A DNA stretch of 64,000 bases, taken from positions 1,888,001 through 1,952,000 of the forward strand of contig OZ253496.1 in the NCBI GenBank assembly GCA_965262115.1, in the 5' to 3' direction. Position 1 is the first letter of the stretch. Every line of letters starts with the position of its first letter. The position numbers and the translations under genes are program-made. Positions 42,085-55,012 of this stretch are shown here, piece by piece. Source of the stretch: Nitrospinales bacterium. GTDB lineage: Bacteria; Nitrospinota; Nitrospinia; Nitrospinales; VA-1. Under the pieces are notes generated by a model. The model had not been told where the DNA came from, ran no database searches, and saw nothing but the letters and a program-made list of their open reading frames with translations.

Positions 42085-42420
42085 ATGAGTAATGAAACCC
42101 TACAGTCTATTTCTTCTTCAAAAAGAAGGTTTTTTTTATTCCATCCCTACAGTGGCGCTTTAATTATTGCTATGGATTGGGTATTTTTTGGTGTGGAAGC
42201 TGGTACTTTGGGTTTGAGTATACCGGTTATGTCTCTACTAGCATTTGCAACAACACTACTAGGGGTTTTCACTATTCAAATCAAACTAGCTAAAGATAAT
42301 TAGGCAATAGCCCTTGTGAAAGGTGTTTTGGGAGGGTTTGTTGCAGGCATCCCACCCATTGCGGGAACATTTATAGGAGCATTAATACTGGCATTATCTG
42401 GCTTATCAACGAAAAAATAA
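42085..42420 (+). pseudogene. Small membrane protein with in-frame TAG at 42301-42303
   Basis: Hydrophobic frame continues (AIALVKGVLGGFVAGIPPIAGTFIG...) to TAA at 42420. Confidence 0.65.
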
Positions 42421-42431
42421 GGGGGCGAACA

Positions 42432-42932
42432 TTGAAGCCAGGCAGTTTTCATTTTTTAGCAGGGGTGTTTCTTATCTTGGGCCTTATGCTATTCGGCCGG
42501 CCGGTGGAAATTTATGCCATAGAGGGGGCCTCGGGCTACGACTCGGTAGGCAACTACATCGACGAGGCCGCTATCGATGAAACACGCAACCAGAAACTGG
42601 CCGCACAACGCCTCCAGCAAAAGCATGACGAATACGTCGAAAAGATCAAAAATGATCCCGACAATTACCTCTACCATTTCTACCTTGGGAAGCTATACCT
42701 GGAGCTCGACCGCCCCCACGAAGCCATCGCCGCCTTCAAGGAAACCCTGCTCATCACACCCGGGGATGGAAAGGTGCATTACCAGATGGGAAAAGCCTAC
42801 AGCCAAGCCAAAAACAGCGAAAAGGCGGTCGAACATATCGAAACAGCTAGCCGCATCTTCAAGGAAAACCTCGACCTGCACTGGCAAACCAAGGCCCGAA
42901 ACCTCTTGAGACAGATCCAGGAGCAGAATTAA
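42432..42932 (+). CDS. Secreted TPR protein
   Basis: Signal peptide; HFYLGKLY..EAIAAF, VHYQMGKAY. Confidence 0.8.
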   Translation: MKPGSFHFLAGVFLILGLMLFGRPVEIYAIEGASGYDSVGNYIDEAAIDETRNQKLAAQRLQQKHDEYVEKIKNDPDNYLYHFYLGKLYLELDRPHEAIAAFKETLLITPGDGKVHYQMGKAYSQAKNSEKAVEHIETASRIFKENLDLHWQTKARNLLRQIQEQN

Positions 42933-43084
42933 ATTTTCAGTAAAAGATGGGGATGAAGTGACACTGGGCAACAGGAGAATATTGTCAAACAGGAGGAGAA
43001 CTTAGGCTAAAAACGTGGGCAAAATAACTGTTTGTATTTCAATCATGGGACCCCCCACTGGATCTACCCCTTGTATGTTGTTCA

Positions 43085-43300
43085 TAAGGGAAATTTGTAA
43101 TAGTTGTTCCTGCGAGTTCTGTGAAAAACCGGTTTTTGGTTTTCCACAAGCTCCCAGGATTTGATTCAGGGCACAATAGATCGTTTACCCCTGGGGCTTT
43201 TAAGCCCGTCCCGCAGCGCAGATCGTTGTGTCCTATTTTGATTAACCCGAACAGTTGCCTGGGACTTTGAGTCCGCATCGACAAGGTTGGGAGACCAAAT
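43085..43300 (+). ncRNA. Putative IS110 bridge RNA, copy 3
   Basis: Hairpin 43109-43158; TTTACCCCT 43184-43192; CCCGCAG 43210-43216; ACAGTTGC 43251-43258; ACAAG 43281-43285. Confidence 0.85.
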
Positions 43301-43301
43301 T

Positions 43302-44232
<931 letters not shown>

Positions 44233-44455
44233 CATTTAACACAGTTGCTGCGGGGCATGAAGGCTAATGTTGGGGACACCACAAACACCGATGGACAGAG
44301 ACAAAAGATTCCCTCCCTTCATATGGAGGGACTTAGGGAGGGTTGGATTGACCGCCCGGAGTTTTGTCATCGCGAATCGCGAAGCGGCGTGGCGACCCAG
44401 GTTCTTTCATTGGGAATTGAATTAATATTGCAAGGCTGGATTGCCGCGCTCCTTT

Positions 44456-44533
44456 TACCCCTTTGGGGCATGAAGGTTAAGGTTGAGGATATTACATATA
44501 CCTTCGGGGCAAGAAGTTAATGTTGGGAACATT
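44456..44533 (+). repeat. Two tandem mini-element units truncating a CGTC-type repeat (44364-44455)
   Basis: TACCCCTTTGGGGCATGAAG...ATTACA then TATACCTTCGGGGCAAGAAGTTAATGTTGGGAAC, directly after GGATTGCCGCGCTCC. Confidence 0.8.
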
Positions 44534-44566
44534 TAAAAAGTTTTCAGATACTCGTCGAATATGACA

Positions 44567-44758
44567 TTAAAGCGCCGAACGTGGAGTTATGATTGGCCCA
44601 CCTCCTAACCCCTTCCACATTAAAACGAACAGAGTAATCACCAAAACTATAAAAACAGCCAAAATAATCTTGGCTGATTTACTCATGGCTGGTTCTGGTT
44701 TAACTTCATTTTGAGGCGACTCAACTTTTTTATATTGTTGCATATCGTTGCAGTCCAT
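44567..44758 (-). CDS. Small single-TM hypothetical protein
   Basis: 63 aa with one hydrophobic helix. Confidence 0.45.
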   Translation of the reverse strand: MDCNDMQQYKKVESPQNEVKPEPAMSKSAKIILAVFIVLVITLFVLMWKGLGGGPIITPRSAL

Positions 44759-45069
44759 TTCTGAGAAGGAGAGAGGGCTGGGGAAACAAAATTGCTTATG
44801 AGGACAAAGTTATAATTTACCTTTTTACTCTGCACCCAACTCCTACGGTACAATGTAGCACTATTCATGGGAGTGTGTCTGCAGTGAATGGGAGTGACAC
44901 AAAAAGTTAATAAAATAAATAGGTCCTAGTCAGGGTCATTTTAATTTTAATATTAAATTTGCAGCAAGAGAATACAGGTGGTAAAGAAAACTGAGACGAT
45001 TAGAAAACACATCTCGTCCAAACGATTGTTTACCGTAAGGTAGGGTGGAAAATAGAGGAGATTCGTTTA

Positions 45070-45291
45070 ATGACTGAACTGGAAGAACTCAATGACCCAA
45101 AGAAGCTTAATGATTTAATGGAAAAAATAAATACAAAATTGGCAATAATAGGTGTCCAGCTTAGAGAAAGGGTACCCATGTCACTGACTCTCTTAAGTGA
45201 TGAGTTGAACTACGAAATATCAACGGGTGATACAGTCTATCCACTAATTTTAGAGTGGTTTAAGAACAGATTTCCAGGCGAAAATATATAA
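45070..45291 (+). CDS. Small hypothetical protein
   Basis: 73 aa with strong GAGGAG RBS. Confidence 0.55.
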   Translation: MTELEELNDPKKLNDLMEKINTKLAIIGVQLRERVPMSLTLLSDELNYEISTGDTVYPLILEWFKNRFPGENI

Positions 45292-45889
45292 GTAAAAGAC
45301 GAGTAAATTTAAATGTCCGCTTGGAAAATTTATACCGAAGCGCAAATGGCAACCTCAATAAATGGAGTTGGAGAGGTAGGCTAAAAGATGAACGATTGGA
45401 AACCGAAAACTAACTAAACAGGCAAAGATCAAATGGTGGTTCTGGCTCCTGTTAGCTGTTTTTTGTTTTGGTATATGGGTCAACCATCAAAGCATCCATC
45501 AAATGCGATAAAGATTGATCTTCCCCTGAATTGGTGGACACATCGAAAAGTGTGGATAATACACTTTTGGAGGTGTTTTTATGGGAACCAAACGCAGGAG
45601 TTTCAGTAAAGAATTCAAGTTAGAAGCGGTTCGATTGGTTATTGAAGTAGGCGATAGCATTGCCCGGGTGTCCCGGGATCTGGGAATCCGTTCTGCCCTT
45701 CTGGGTCGCTGGAAACAGGAGTATGAGGAGGATCAGGGGAATGCGTTTCCCGGCAAAGGACAGCTTAAGCCGGGAGATGAGTTGCAGCAGTTGCGGCGAG
45801 AAAACGCTCGCCTTCGTATGGAGCGGGACATATTAAAAAAGGCGGCAGTTATCTTTGTGATGTCCTCTTCATTTGTCTTCATGCCCCGA

Positions 45890-47080
<1,191 letters not shown>

Positions 47081-48103
47081 GGGTACTCGAAGGGTTCCCA
47101 ATGAGATATCGGTTTATACGGGATCATCGAGAAGCATTTCCGGTAAGCCCGATGTGCCGGGTTCTGGAAGTGGGACGAAGTGGGTTCTATGCCTGGCTGA
47201 GCCGCCCCGAGAGCCTGAGGAGCCGTGAGAAGCAGCGATGGGTTGATGAGATCAAAACCGTTTATAAGAAGAGTCGCCAGACTTATGGCAGTCCCAGAAT
47301 TCATGAGGACTTGAAAGACAAGGGATATGCCATTGGCAGGCATCGTATTGCCCGTCTTATGCGCGAGCATGGAATCGTTGCCAAGCACAAAAGAAAGTTT
47401 AGGGTGACAACCGATTCCAAACATAATCACCCGGTGGCAAAAAACAAACTGCAACGGCGGTTTAATGTTGCTGAGCCCGGTCAATGCTGGGTTTCGGATA
47501 TCACCTATATCCCGACTCAAGAGGGCTGGTTATACCTTGCGGTGACGCTGGATTTATTCCACCGTAAAGTTATTGGTTGGGCCATGGATCGTTGGATAAC
47601 CCGTTGGTTGGTAATGAGAGCTTTAAATATGGCAATGAAGAACGGCGGCATGAAACCGGGATTGATTCACCATTCTGACCGGGGGGTTCAATATGCCTGC
47701 AACGATTTTCAAGCCTTGCTCAATGTTCATGGGATAGAGTGCAGTATGAGCCGGAAGGGCGATTGCTGGGATAACGCCGTGGCGGAGAGTTTTTTCCATA
47801 CTCTCAAAGTGGAACTCATTCATAACCGGAACTACAAAACCCGTCAGCAAGCAAAGAAGGATATTTTTGAATATATCGAAGTGTTTTATAATCGGCAACG
47901 CCGTCACTAATATCTCGGCTATCTCAGCCCTGCCGAATTCGAGAAACAGGCCTATGCCTCTTAACTAACTGTCCACTAAAACAGGGGAAGATCAGTATGT
48001 GATATCCCCATCATTTATATTTCTGCATTGGACGATGTTTCCTATTCGGAATAATGATAAACTTGGCAATAAACTCAAAACTCTCGATATGGAGATTGTA
48101 AAG

Positions 48104-48634
48104 ATGAACAAGACTCTGTTTACATTTGTGGTCATGCTCTGCTTTCTGTTCGTGGCGACATTTTCATCGGCTGGACCAGAAGGACACAAACCCTATGTTG
48201 GATCGAAAGCCTTCGAGCGAATGAAACAACTGGCAGGAAACTGGGCAGCCTCTATGAAAATGGGGGAGGAAGTCATGAAGATGAAGTCCAGCTATAAACT
48301 GACTTCCGCCGGAAGCGTATTGATAGAAACCACGCATGAAGGCGCACCGCATGAGATGGTGTCGGTCTACCACGACAACAAAGATAAAAAACTGGTCATG
48401 ACCCATTATTGCGCCGAGCATAACCAGCCTAAACTGGTTCTTGCAAAAATGGACGGCAACAAACTGACGATGGACCTTTCTTCTGACAGTGACATCGATG
48501 TTGCCAGGGAGATGCATATTCACGCTGTTTCCATCGAGTTTGAAGGGGATGACAAGATGACCCAGCAGTGGACAAGTTATTCGGATGGCAAAGAGGGGAT
48601 GGTCGTGACAATGGCATTCAACAGGGTGAAATGA
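48104..48634 (+). CDS. Secreted His/Met-rich hypothetical protein
   Basis: Signal peptide; MVSVYH..MTHYC..NQP..MHIH. Confidence 0.7.
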   Translation: MNKTLFTFVVMLCFLFVATFSSAGPEGHKPYVGSKAFERMKQLAGNWAASMKMGEEVMKMKSSYKLTSAGSVLIETTHEGAPHEMVSVYHDNKDKKLVMTHYCAEHNQPKLVLAKMDGNKLTMDLSSDSDIDVAREMHIHAVSIEFEGDDKMTQQWTSYSDGKEGMVVTMAFNRVK

Positions 48635-48888
48635 TGCTCTGAAATAATATGCAGGGGTAATAAAAATGAAACAGACCCGAAAGAAAACCCCGACTAAGCC
48701 AGGTCAACCGCGCAAAATAGTCAAAAAGGTCCGGAAAGATTTGGCGAAGAAAAAACAGGCCGAGGACCAACAGAAACTGGCCCAACTGTGGGACGAAGAT
48801 CTTTGTGAGTAGAGGGTGTGCGGCAATGCCGCATGAAGTTAAAGGAAGAGGGCCGCGGATGAGGGGTCGCCCCATGGGCTTCGCCTCT

Positions 48889-49572
48889 TTAAAGTTTTTC
48901 CAGCCACTCTCTGGCGAGCCCCACCGCAGTGATGATCTGCCCAGGGGTCATTTTCTTTTCTATAATGTCCGCATTTTTGCTTCCAACTTCATTCCCGTTC
49001 ACCCCGGCAATGTTAAACCACTTGTGAGCTTCTACATAATCCTGCTCAACGCCCTGGCCCTTTTCATACATCAGGCCAAGGTTGGACTGGGCACCGGAAA
49101 TCCTCTGCTCAGCTGAAAGCCTATACCATTTGACCGCTTCTTTATCATTCAGAGGGACTCCCTCACCCCTCATATGCATCAACCCAAGATTGTATTGGGC
49201 CTGACCATACCCCTGGTCGGCCGATAGCTTGAACCATTTGATCGCTTCTATATAATCCCGCACAACTCCCTGGCCCCTTGCATGCAAGACTCCAAGATTG
49301 TGCTGGGCCTGAGGCAACCCCTGTTCGGCCGCGAGCTTATACCATCTGACCGCTTCGCTAAAATCCTGTTCGGCTCCCTGGCCTTTGCCATACATCAGCC
49401 CCAGGTTGGTTTGCGCTTCGGCGAATCCCTGTTCTGCCGCCAGTCGATACCACCTGATGGCCTCTTTAAAGTCCTGGGCAACGTCCTGGCCTCTACTGTA
49501 GAAAAAGCCAAGGTTATATTGGGCTTCGGCACTTCCTTCTTCCGCTAAAGGTTTCCATTCATTAAAAGTCAT
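48889..49572 (-). CDS. Sel1-repeat protein, possibly 5'-truncated
   Basis: Repeated AQxNLGxMYxxGxGVxQDxxEAxxWYxLAAEQG. Confidence 0.9.
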   Translation of the reverse strand: MTFNEWKPLAEEGSAEAQYNLGFFYSRGQDVAQDFKEAIRWYRLAAEQGFAEAQTNLGLMYGKGQGAEQDFSEAVRWYKLAAEQGLPQAQHNLGVLHARGQGVVRDYIEAIKWFKLSADQGYGQAQYNLGLMHMRGEGVPLNDKEAVKWYRLSAEQRISGAQSNLGLMYEKGQGVEQDYVEAHKWFNIAGVNGNEVGSKNADIIEKKMTPGQIITAVGLAREWLEKL

Positions 49573-51166
49573 TCAAATATTCCTTTGTCTCTGTAAGTTC
49601 AGGAAAACCCGGGTCGGCATTTTTTAACTGGCTGAGCAATTGTTCATAGGTTTCTTTTGCTGCGGATTTGTCGCCACTCGCTTTGGCGGCGCGAGCCGCC
49701 CCCACCAGAGAGCGGAGTCGGTTGCGGTGCCGCAACAGGGAGATGGCAAATTGCTCCTGGGCCTGAACCGGTTTGTCGGCTTGCAGATAAACTTCACCCA
49801 GCAATTCGTAGGTGGGTTTGAGAATGCGCGGCGGTCCCGACGGTGCCGGAAGTTTCTCTTCAATCAACGTTGCTTGTTTGGCGAGTTCGATGGCGGCGTC
49901 ATAATTTTTCTGGTGCAGCTTCATCGCCACCCGGATTTCCAGTTCCCACACTTCAAGGCTTTCGGGGCGTTTGAAATAGTTTTCGCGAAACCCTTTTTCG
50001 CGGATGCTTTTTAATTCGGTAAGATATTTATGGGCTTCTTCCTGTTTCCCCTGCATGGCGGCGGCGAATCCGCGGACGAAACTATATGCGGCCTTGGAAT
50101 AACTTTTAGGGTTCCATCCCTCTGGCGGAGCGAGTTGTTCTGCCCATTGCTCGGTCTCAATAATGGCGGCGGCGAACATGCGGGGATAATATTTTCCGGC
50201 TCTTAAATTGGATTTGAACTCGATTCCCTCCCGCATATCTTTTTGCTGGATGGCAAAAACCGTAGCGGACTCCTGCAAGAGTCCCTGTTGCAGGGTGGTG
50301 TAGTGCAGCCATTGCAGGCTGTGGTAACCGCGTTCGCTTTTCGGCAGGTTTTTTCTTTCCACCCAATCGACAGAAGTGGTCCACCCGTTTTGATTGGAGG
50401 TTTGCGCTTCCTGCCACATGCCAAGCTGCACAAAGATATGCGCCGGCATGTGCTGGGCGTGAGCCGATGCCGGAGCAATTTTGGCGAACCGTTTGGCGGA
50501 AGGCAAGGCCAGCCGCGCCAGATCGGGAGTGTCGAGGGCGTGGATCGCGTAATGCGCGGCGCAGGGGTGATCGGGGCTCCTCTGAAAAACCTCCAGCGCA
50601 ATAGCGCCCGACTCGATTTGCAACGGCAATTTGTTTTCCGCGTTTCGTGCCAGGCCTAAAAGAGACAGGCTGTAAAAACAGGCGGCCTCCAGGTCATTGG
50701 GATAGGTGCTATAAATTTTTTCCATGGCTTTGGAATAAGCTTTATCGCGCATGGGTTTTTTGCCGTCCCCATAAAGCAGCCGGACAGCATGAATATAGTC
50801 TTGTTCCCGCTGTGTTAACGTTGCATTTTTCGGGATTTTAGCCAGCGCGGCCTGTGCAGATTCGGCATCCTGTTCTTCCCAGAGTGGATGGTTGTGGGCC
50901 ATGGCTTGTCCCCAGTAACCCATTGCGAAACGCGGATCAGCCTTGGTAGACCGCTCAAACGCCGCCAGCGCTTCGGCGTACCAGAAAGAGTGCAGGGCGG
51001 CCACACCGCGCAGGAAATGCTGTTGCGCCTGCCCGCTACCAGAAGTGGGGAAGGAAACGGTGCCCAGTTTCGCGGCCGGGCTCATCGCCTGGGCAAAGCT
51101 TGTGGTCAGCGTAAAAATTATGATCAATGTGATAAGCCGTACGCGCGCCAAAAACATGTTATCCAT
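49562..51166 (-). CDS. Secreted TPR-like protein
   Basis: LGTVSFPTS..AQ..F.RG.A.LHSFWY, HP.A.HY.IH, HAQHMPAHIF. Confidence 0.8.
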   Translation of the reverse strand: MDNMFLARVRLITLIIIFTLTTSFAQAMSPAAKLGTVSFPTSGSGQAQQHFLRGVAALHSFWYAEALAAFERSTKADPRFAMGYWGQAMAHNHPLWEEQDAESAQAALAKIPKNATLTQREQDYIHAVRLLYGDGKKPMRDKAYSKAMEKIYSTYPNDLEAACFYSLSLLGLARNAENKLPLQIESGAIALEVFQRSPDHPCAAHYAIHALDTPDLARLALPSAKRFAKIAPASAHAQHMPAHIFVQLGMWQEAQTSNQNGWTTSVDWVERKNLPKSERGYHSLQWLHYTTLQQGLLQESATVFAIQQKDMREGIEFKSNLRAGKYYPRMFAAAIIETEQWAEQLAPPEGWNPKSYSKAAYSFVRGFAAAMQGKQEEAHKYLTELKSIREKGFRENYFKRPESLEVWELEIRVAMKLHQKNYDAAIELAKQATLIEEKLPAPSGPPRILKPTYELLGEVYLQADKPVQAQEQFAISLLRHRNRLRSLVGAARAAKASGDKSAAKETYEQLLSQLKNADPGFPELTETKEYLNDF

Positions 51167-51257
51167 CTTTGGGTCTTTCGGTAGCCAGGGTGGTGTTTTT
51201 AACGAGTGTAGCACAGATTAGCTGGCGAACCGCTAGAGGCTGGGACGGGAGGATTTT

Positions 51258-51581
51258 CGTCATCGCGAGTGACCGCAAGGAGCGCGGCGATCTAGCAGGA
51301 CTCTCTTGTCATTCTGAATACTTCGACCATGCTCAGCACAGGCTCCGTGAAGAATCTCGTTTTGTTCGATGGGATGGAGGGGTTTGCTTTAAACGTAATG
51401 GAGGGAGGCTGTCATGCTGAGGCCCTCGAAGGATATTGTTATTTAATTTTCTCTCCCATAACAAACTGATCCTCCCCTCTCATGAGAGGAGGCAAGGCGT
51501 AGCCGCGGAGGGGTGTGGATTTTTTCTGATGGAATTCATAAGCCAACCCTCCCTTGGCCCCTCCCTATGAAGGGAGGGGAA
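51258..51581. repeat. Cluster of CGTC-type and CCCTCCC-type palindromic repeats
   Basis: CGTCATCGCGAG.., TGTCATTCTGA..GAAGAATCT, TGTCATGCTGAG..CGAAG, plus the inverted homolog of 38774-38888. Confidence 0.75.
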
Positions 51582-51606
51582 GATCATACTTTATCTTCTT
51601 CCCCGC

Positions 51607-51873
51607 AGGGGTATCAATACCCAAGCACGGTGTGGAACACAGCACCGATGCCCACGCACCAGTAAATGCTGGCACCGATAAGATTCCATATTGAGGCTGT
51701 GATTTCTTGGAAGGTCATTGCACCACCGCCTTAACCACAAAGAAAAAGAACGCGAGCGTGGTGATGACGGTGTTCGCCACCGCCGACCAGATCATGATTT
51801 TGTGAGTGAGTTTTTCCATAGCCTTTATATCGTCCTCATTTTTTAAGGTCTGTGATCGGCCAAAAGGGGACTC
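51607..51873 (-). repeat. ~250-bp duplicated segment (other copy 53130-53377) containing a small disrupted ORF and a palindromic site
   Basis: GTGTGGAACACAGCACCGATGCCCACGCACCAGTAAATGC and flanking sequence shared. Confidence 0.85.
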
Positions 51874-51974
51874 TTATTTGGTGGAGTAGGAGTTTGTTAT
51901 ATCGCGTCCAATCTCTTTCAATGCGATCCACGGTGGATTTTTGAAAATCTTCAAGGGGCAACAAAAATTGCCGA

Positions 51975-52292
51975 TCAGGGTAAACTTAAAATTATCTCGT
52001 CGTTTTCTATCTTTACCGGATAAGTTTCGACAAAGGCTCCATCATCACATAAGTCCAGGGAAACACATTCGCCGTTGGTGACATCAAATTGCCAATAGTG
52101 GGCTGGGCAGGTCACTAGTTTTCCTTCCAATTTACCAGTGGCCAAAGAAGCTCCCACGTGCGGACATTCATCCTCAAAAGCAAAAAGTTTACCTTCAATC
52201 ATGAACATCGCTACCTTCTTGTCGTTGATAGTAAACGCTTTGCCATGGCCGTCGAAAACATGATGCCATTTCCCTAAATTATGTTCGGTCAT
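51975..52292 (-). CDS. Rieske [2Fe-2S] ferredoxin
   Basis: CPHVG...CPAH.WQFD. Confidence 0.9.
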   Translation of the reverse strand: MTEHNLGKWHHVFDGHGKAFTINDKKVAMFMIEGKLFAFEDECPHVGASLATGKLEGKLVTCPAHYWQFDVTNGECVSLDLCDDGAFVETYPVKIENDEIILSLP

Positions 52293-52305
52293 AAATTTCC
52301 CTTTT

Positions 52306-52470
52306 CTAAAAATGGCGGCGTTGCTGATTGTAAAATATTTCAATGTAATCAAAAATATTCGTTTTTGCTTCTTGACGGAAATCATAAACCTTTCCAAGAA
52401 TCAACTCCACCTTTAAAGTATGGAAGAAACTTTCCACCACGGCATTGTCCGAGCAATCACCCTTCGGCGA
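52306..52470 (-). pseudogene. IS3 OrfB C-terminal fragment
   Basis: [20 protein letters not shown]...YIEIFYNQQRRH. Confidence 0.85.
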
Positions 52471-52550
52471 AAAAGCCCACAACCACGAAGACCAGGAAGA
52501 ACGGCCCCTTAAATAACCCACCCCAAAAACCGGTTTACACAGGCAGGATT

Positions 52551-52580
52551 AATGTCGGCTTTCGGCCAATAGCGGACGTT
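52551..52580. repeat. ~30-bp palindromic site AATGTCGGCT..AGCGGACGTT
   Basis: Related sites at 51845-51873, 53348-53377, 55094-55122; half site at 45312-45324. Confidence 0.65.
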
Positions 52581-52583
52581 CCT

Positions 52584-53099
52584 TCAAACTTTGCATCTGT
52601 CAATTCGCAATCCGAAATATAAGTGACCTACCTCGAGACCCTCAAACTCTGCTACTCGTGGCAAATGTCCCCATTTCTTGAAACCAAACTTTTCCAAAAG
52701 CCTGATGCTGCCCTGATTGTTATCGATAAGGATACCAAATAATGTTTTTATCTGAAGTGAAGGACAAAGATCGATAGCATATTGCAGAAGACGCGAAGCA
52801 ATGCCTTGACGATGATATTCAAATTGAATGAAGAAGCTCACTTCAGCTGTATGACGAAGGGCCATACGACCAGGACGATATGGGCTGATAGTTAAATAGC
52901 CAACAATCGATTCACTTTCTTCAGCAATCAAGATGGGGTATTTTTCAGGCAAGTGGTCTGCAAACCATTTCTTTCGATCATCTGTTGTGACGGGCGTGAT
53001 GTCTGCTGTTTTTTGACCCATGGCTATTGACTGATTGTATATTTCGACAATCGCTTCCAAGTCCCTAGGTTTTGCAATTCTTATGTTCATTATTTCCAT
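52584..53099 (-). CDS. GNAT N-acetyltransferase (phosphinothricin/YncA-like)
   Basis: AIVEIYN, TAEVS, RQGIASRLL, N..SI.L.EKFGF..WG. Confidence 0.88.
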   Translation of the reverse strand: MEIMNIRIAKPRDLEAIVEIYNQSIAMGQKTADITPVTTDDRKKWFADHLPEKYPILIAEESESIVGYLTISPYRPGRMALRHTAEVSFFIQFEYHRQGIASRLLQYAIDLCPSLQIKTLFGILIDNNQGSIRLLEKFGFKKWGHLPRVAEFEGLEVGHLYFGLRIDRCKV

Positions 53100-53428
53100 A
53101 TAACAACGAACCTTTACTCATCGAACGCTAGGGGTCAGTATCCCAGAACCGTGTGGAACACAGCACCGATGCCCACGCACCAGTAAATGCCGACACCAAT
53201 CAGGTTCAATATGGACGCCTTGATTTCTTGGAAGGTCGTTGCACCACCGCCTTAACCACAAAGAAAAAAACGCGAGCGTGGTGATGGTGGTGTTGGCCAC
53301 CGCCGACCAGATCATGATTGTGTGAGTTACCTTTTCCATCATTTTTTAAGGTCTGCTATCGGCCAATAGCGGATATTCACACAGCTTTGACTCACAGGCG
53401 GCGTTTGCGCGTCCGGTACCACAAATAA

Positions 53429-55012
53429 TTAGCCAGTCGGTAAGATATTTTCAAGCGCTTTACGAATCTTCACGCCTAGAATGTGCAATGGTTCTTTATC
53501 CGCAGCGTTCAGAGCATTAACAATCAGATCAACATACGAATGTTTATTAAGACCAAGTTTGTGGACTAGAATATTGAAATAGACTTTTCCTGGTAGTAGC
53601 TTTATTAGAGAGTCATATGGCGCTACAAGCGCACTTTCTATTGTTGCCTTTTCCTCGTTGAAAATGGAATCTGGAGCAATACTCCAATTATCCGATGATA
53701 GCGCTGAGCAATGATTTTCTCGAACTTCAGCCTCTGACCCATCTACAATTAGGCTGTTAAGCGATCTATTTACCTGATCCATACATCGCGCCCTAAACCG
53801 TTCAGATATTTGTTTTAACAGTAAACCATCACGAAATCGAGTTGCGGCCTCTAAACTGAACTCCAAATATAGAGTGTCCGCCTCTGACGGGGTAATGCCA
53901 AGGTGGTTTGCGACAGCGACAAACAGGCCCTTAATACAAAATAAGCTTTCTATCTCATGCACTGGAAGCGGCGTCACTTCATCTGGCAGAGAATCTAAGA
54001 ACTGGTTAGGCCAATAGTCGAGATCTATCAGGCCAATCGCTGTTACCCCCGATATTATCTCGCTTTCGCAGAATGCTGAGGAGCACTTTATGACATCCCT
54101 ACATGAACCTACAGGGATAACGGCATCCTTACGACCATTGAACCAAGCCCGAAAAAACTTTTGATCGTAGCTGGACTCAGTGCCTTCGCAAAAGATCAAT
54201 CGATCTGCAAAAATTGAGAAAGATGCCGCAGAAAGAATATCCTCTTCAACATCTAAAGGAATACCAGACCCAGTATTTATTAACTCCGGTTGCTGCCCGG
54301 GTCGCATGATTAAATAATCGTCTGTGTCTCGTGATCGAGCGAATGTTAAGTCATGAGTTATGTAAACAAACCTACAATCAGCACGAAGCTGCTCAAGTTC
54401 GTCCCAAAATTGAATTGCTAATCGACTATGAAAATGTACTTCTGGTTCATCTACCACAATAATTCCTGAATTTGCATCAAGAACACGTCCTGCTAAGTAC
54501 AGTGCCACACGCTCGCCATCGCTCATAGACTTTGCCGAGTAAGCTGTTTCTCCAGTAACATACTCAGAGGTAACTTTAGGCGTGTAACCTTTGAAATTAA
54601 TATGACGACCCGGAAAAAGTAACTGCCAGAATTTCTGAAGGCGCATTAGGTTTGTTGTTTCGGGTTCGGTTGTTCCCGATTTATACTTTTCACGAAAATC
54701 GATAGCAGCTGCAGAGTCTTCAGCCATTAGTTTGGCAAAAAGGTTATTAATTTCTGATGATATGTTCCAGGGCTGTTTGCGTCGTTGTTTCTTGTGCTGT
54801 GCTAATTCTTGTTCGGCCTGGACAAGTGATTGCATAGGAATATTTTCATCCAACGCAATGTTGCGAAGGGCAGCTATCGTCTCAGCGCTATTCCACGAAG
54901 CCAATTCAAGACCAAAGCGGGTTTTACCTGAACCGTTCGAACCTAGAATGATGACCGGTTTAGATCCATCGAGGACAGTTCCCTCGCTATTGTATTTAAG
55001 TGGTTTGTTCAT
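53429..55012 (-). CDS. ABC-type ATPase fused to a TOPRIM-like (DUF4435/OLD-like) domain
   Basis: GSNGSGKT, MSDGER, VDEPEVHFH, ITHD; FCEG...D, GLIDLD, EIES. Confidence 0.8.
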   Translation of the reverse strand: MNKPLKYNSEGTVLDGSKPVIILGSNGSGKTRFGLELASWNSAETIAALRNIALDENIPMQSLVQAEQELAQHKKQRRKQPWNISSEINNLFAKLMAEDSAAAIDFREKYKSGTTEPETTNLMRLQKFWQLLFPGRHINFKGYTPKVTSEYVTGETAYSAKSMSDGERVALYLAGRVLDANSGIIVVDEPEVHFHSRLAIQFWDELEQLRADCRFVYITHDLTFARSRDTDDYLIMRPGQQPELINTGSGIPLDVEEDILSAASFSIFADRLIFCEGTESSYDQKFFRAWFNGRKDAVIPVGSCRDVIKCSSAFCESEIISGVTAIGLIDLDYWPNQFLDSLPDEVTPLPVHEIESLFCIKGLFVAVANHLGITPSEADTLYLEFSLEAATRFRDGLLLKQISERFRARCMDQVNRSLNSLIVDGSEAEVRENHCSALSSDNWSIAPDSIFNEEKATIESALVAPYDSLIKLLPGKVYFNILVHKLGLNKHSYVDLIVNALNAADKEPLHILGVKIRKALENILPTG

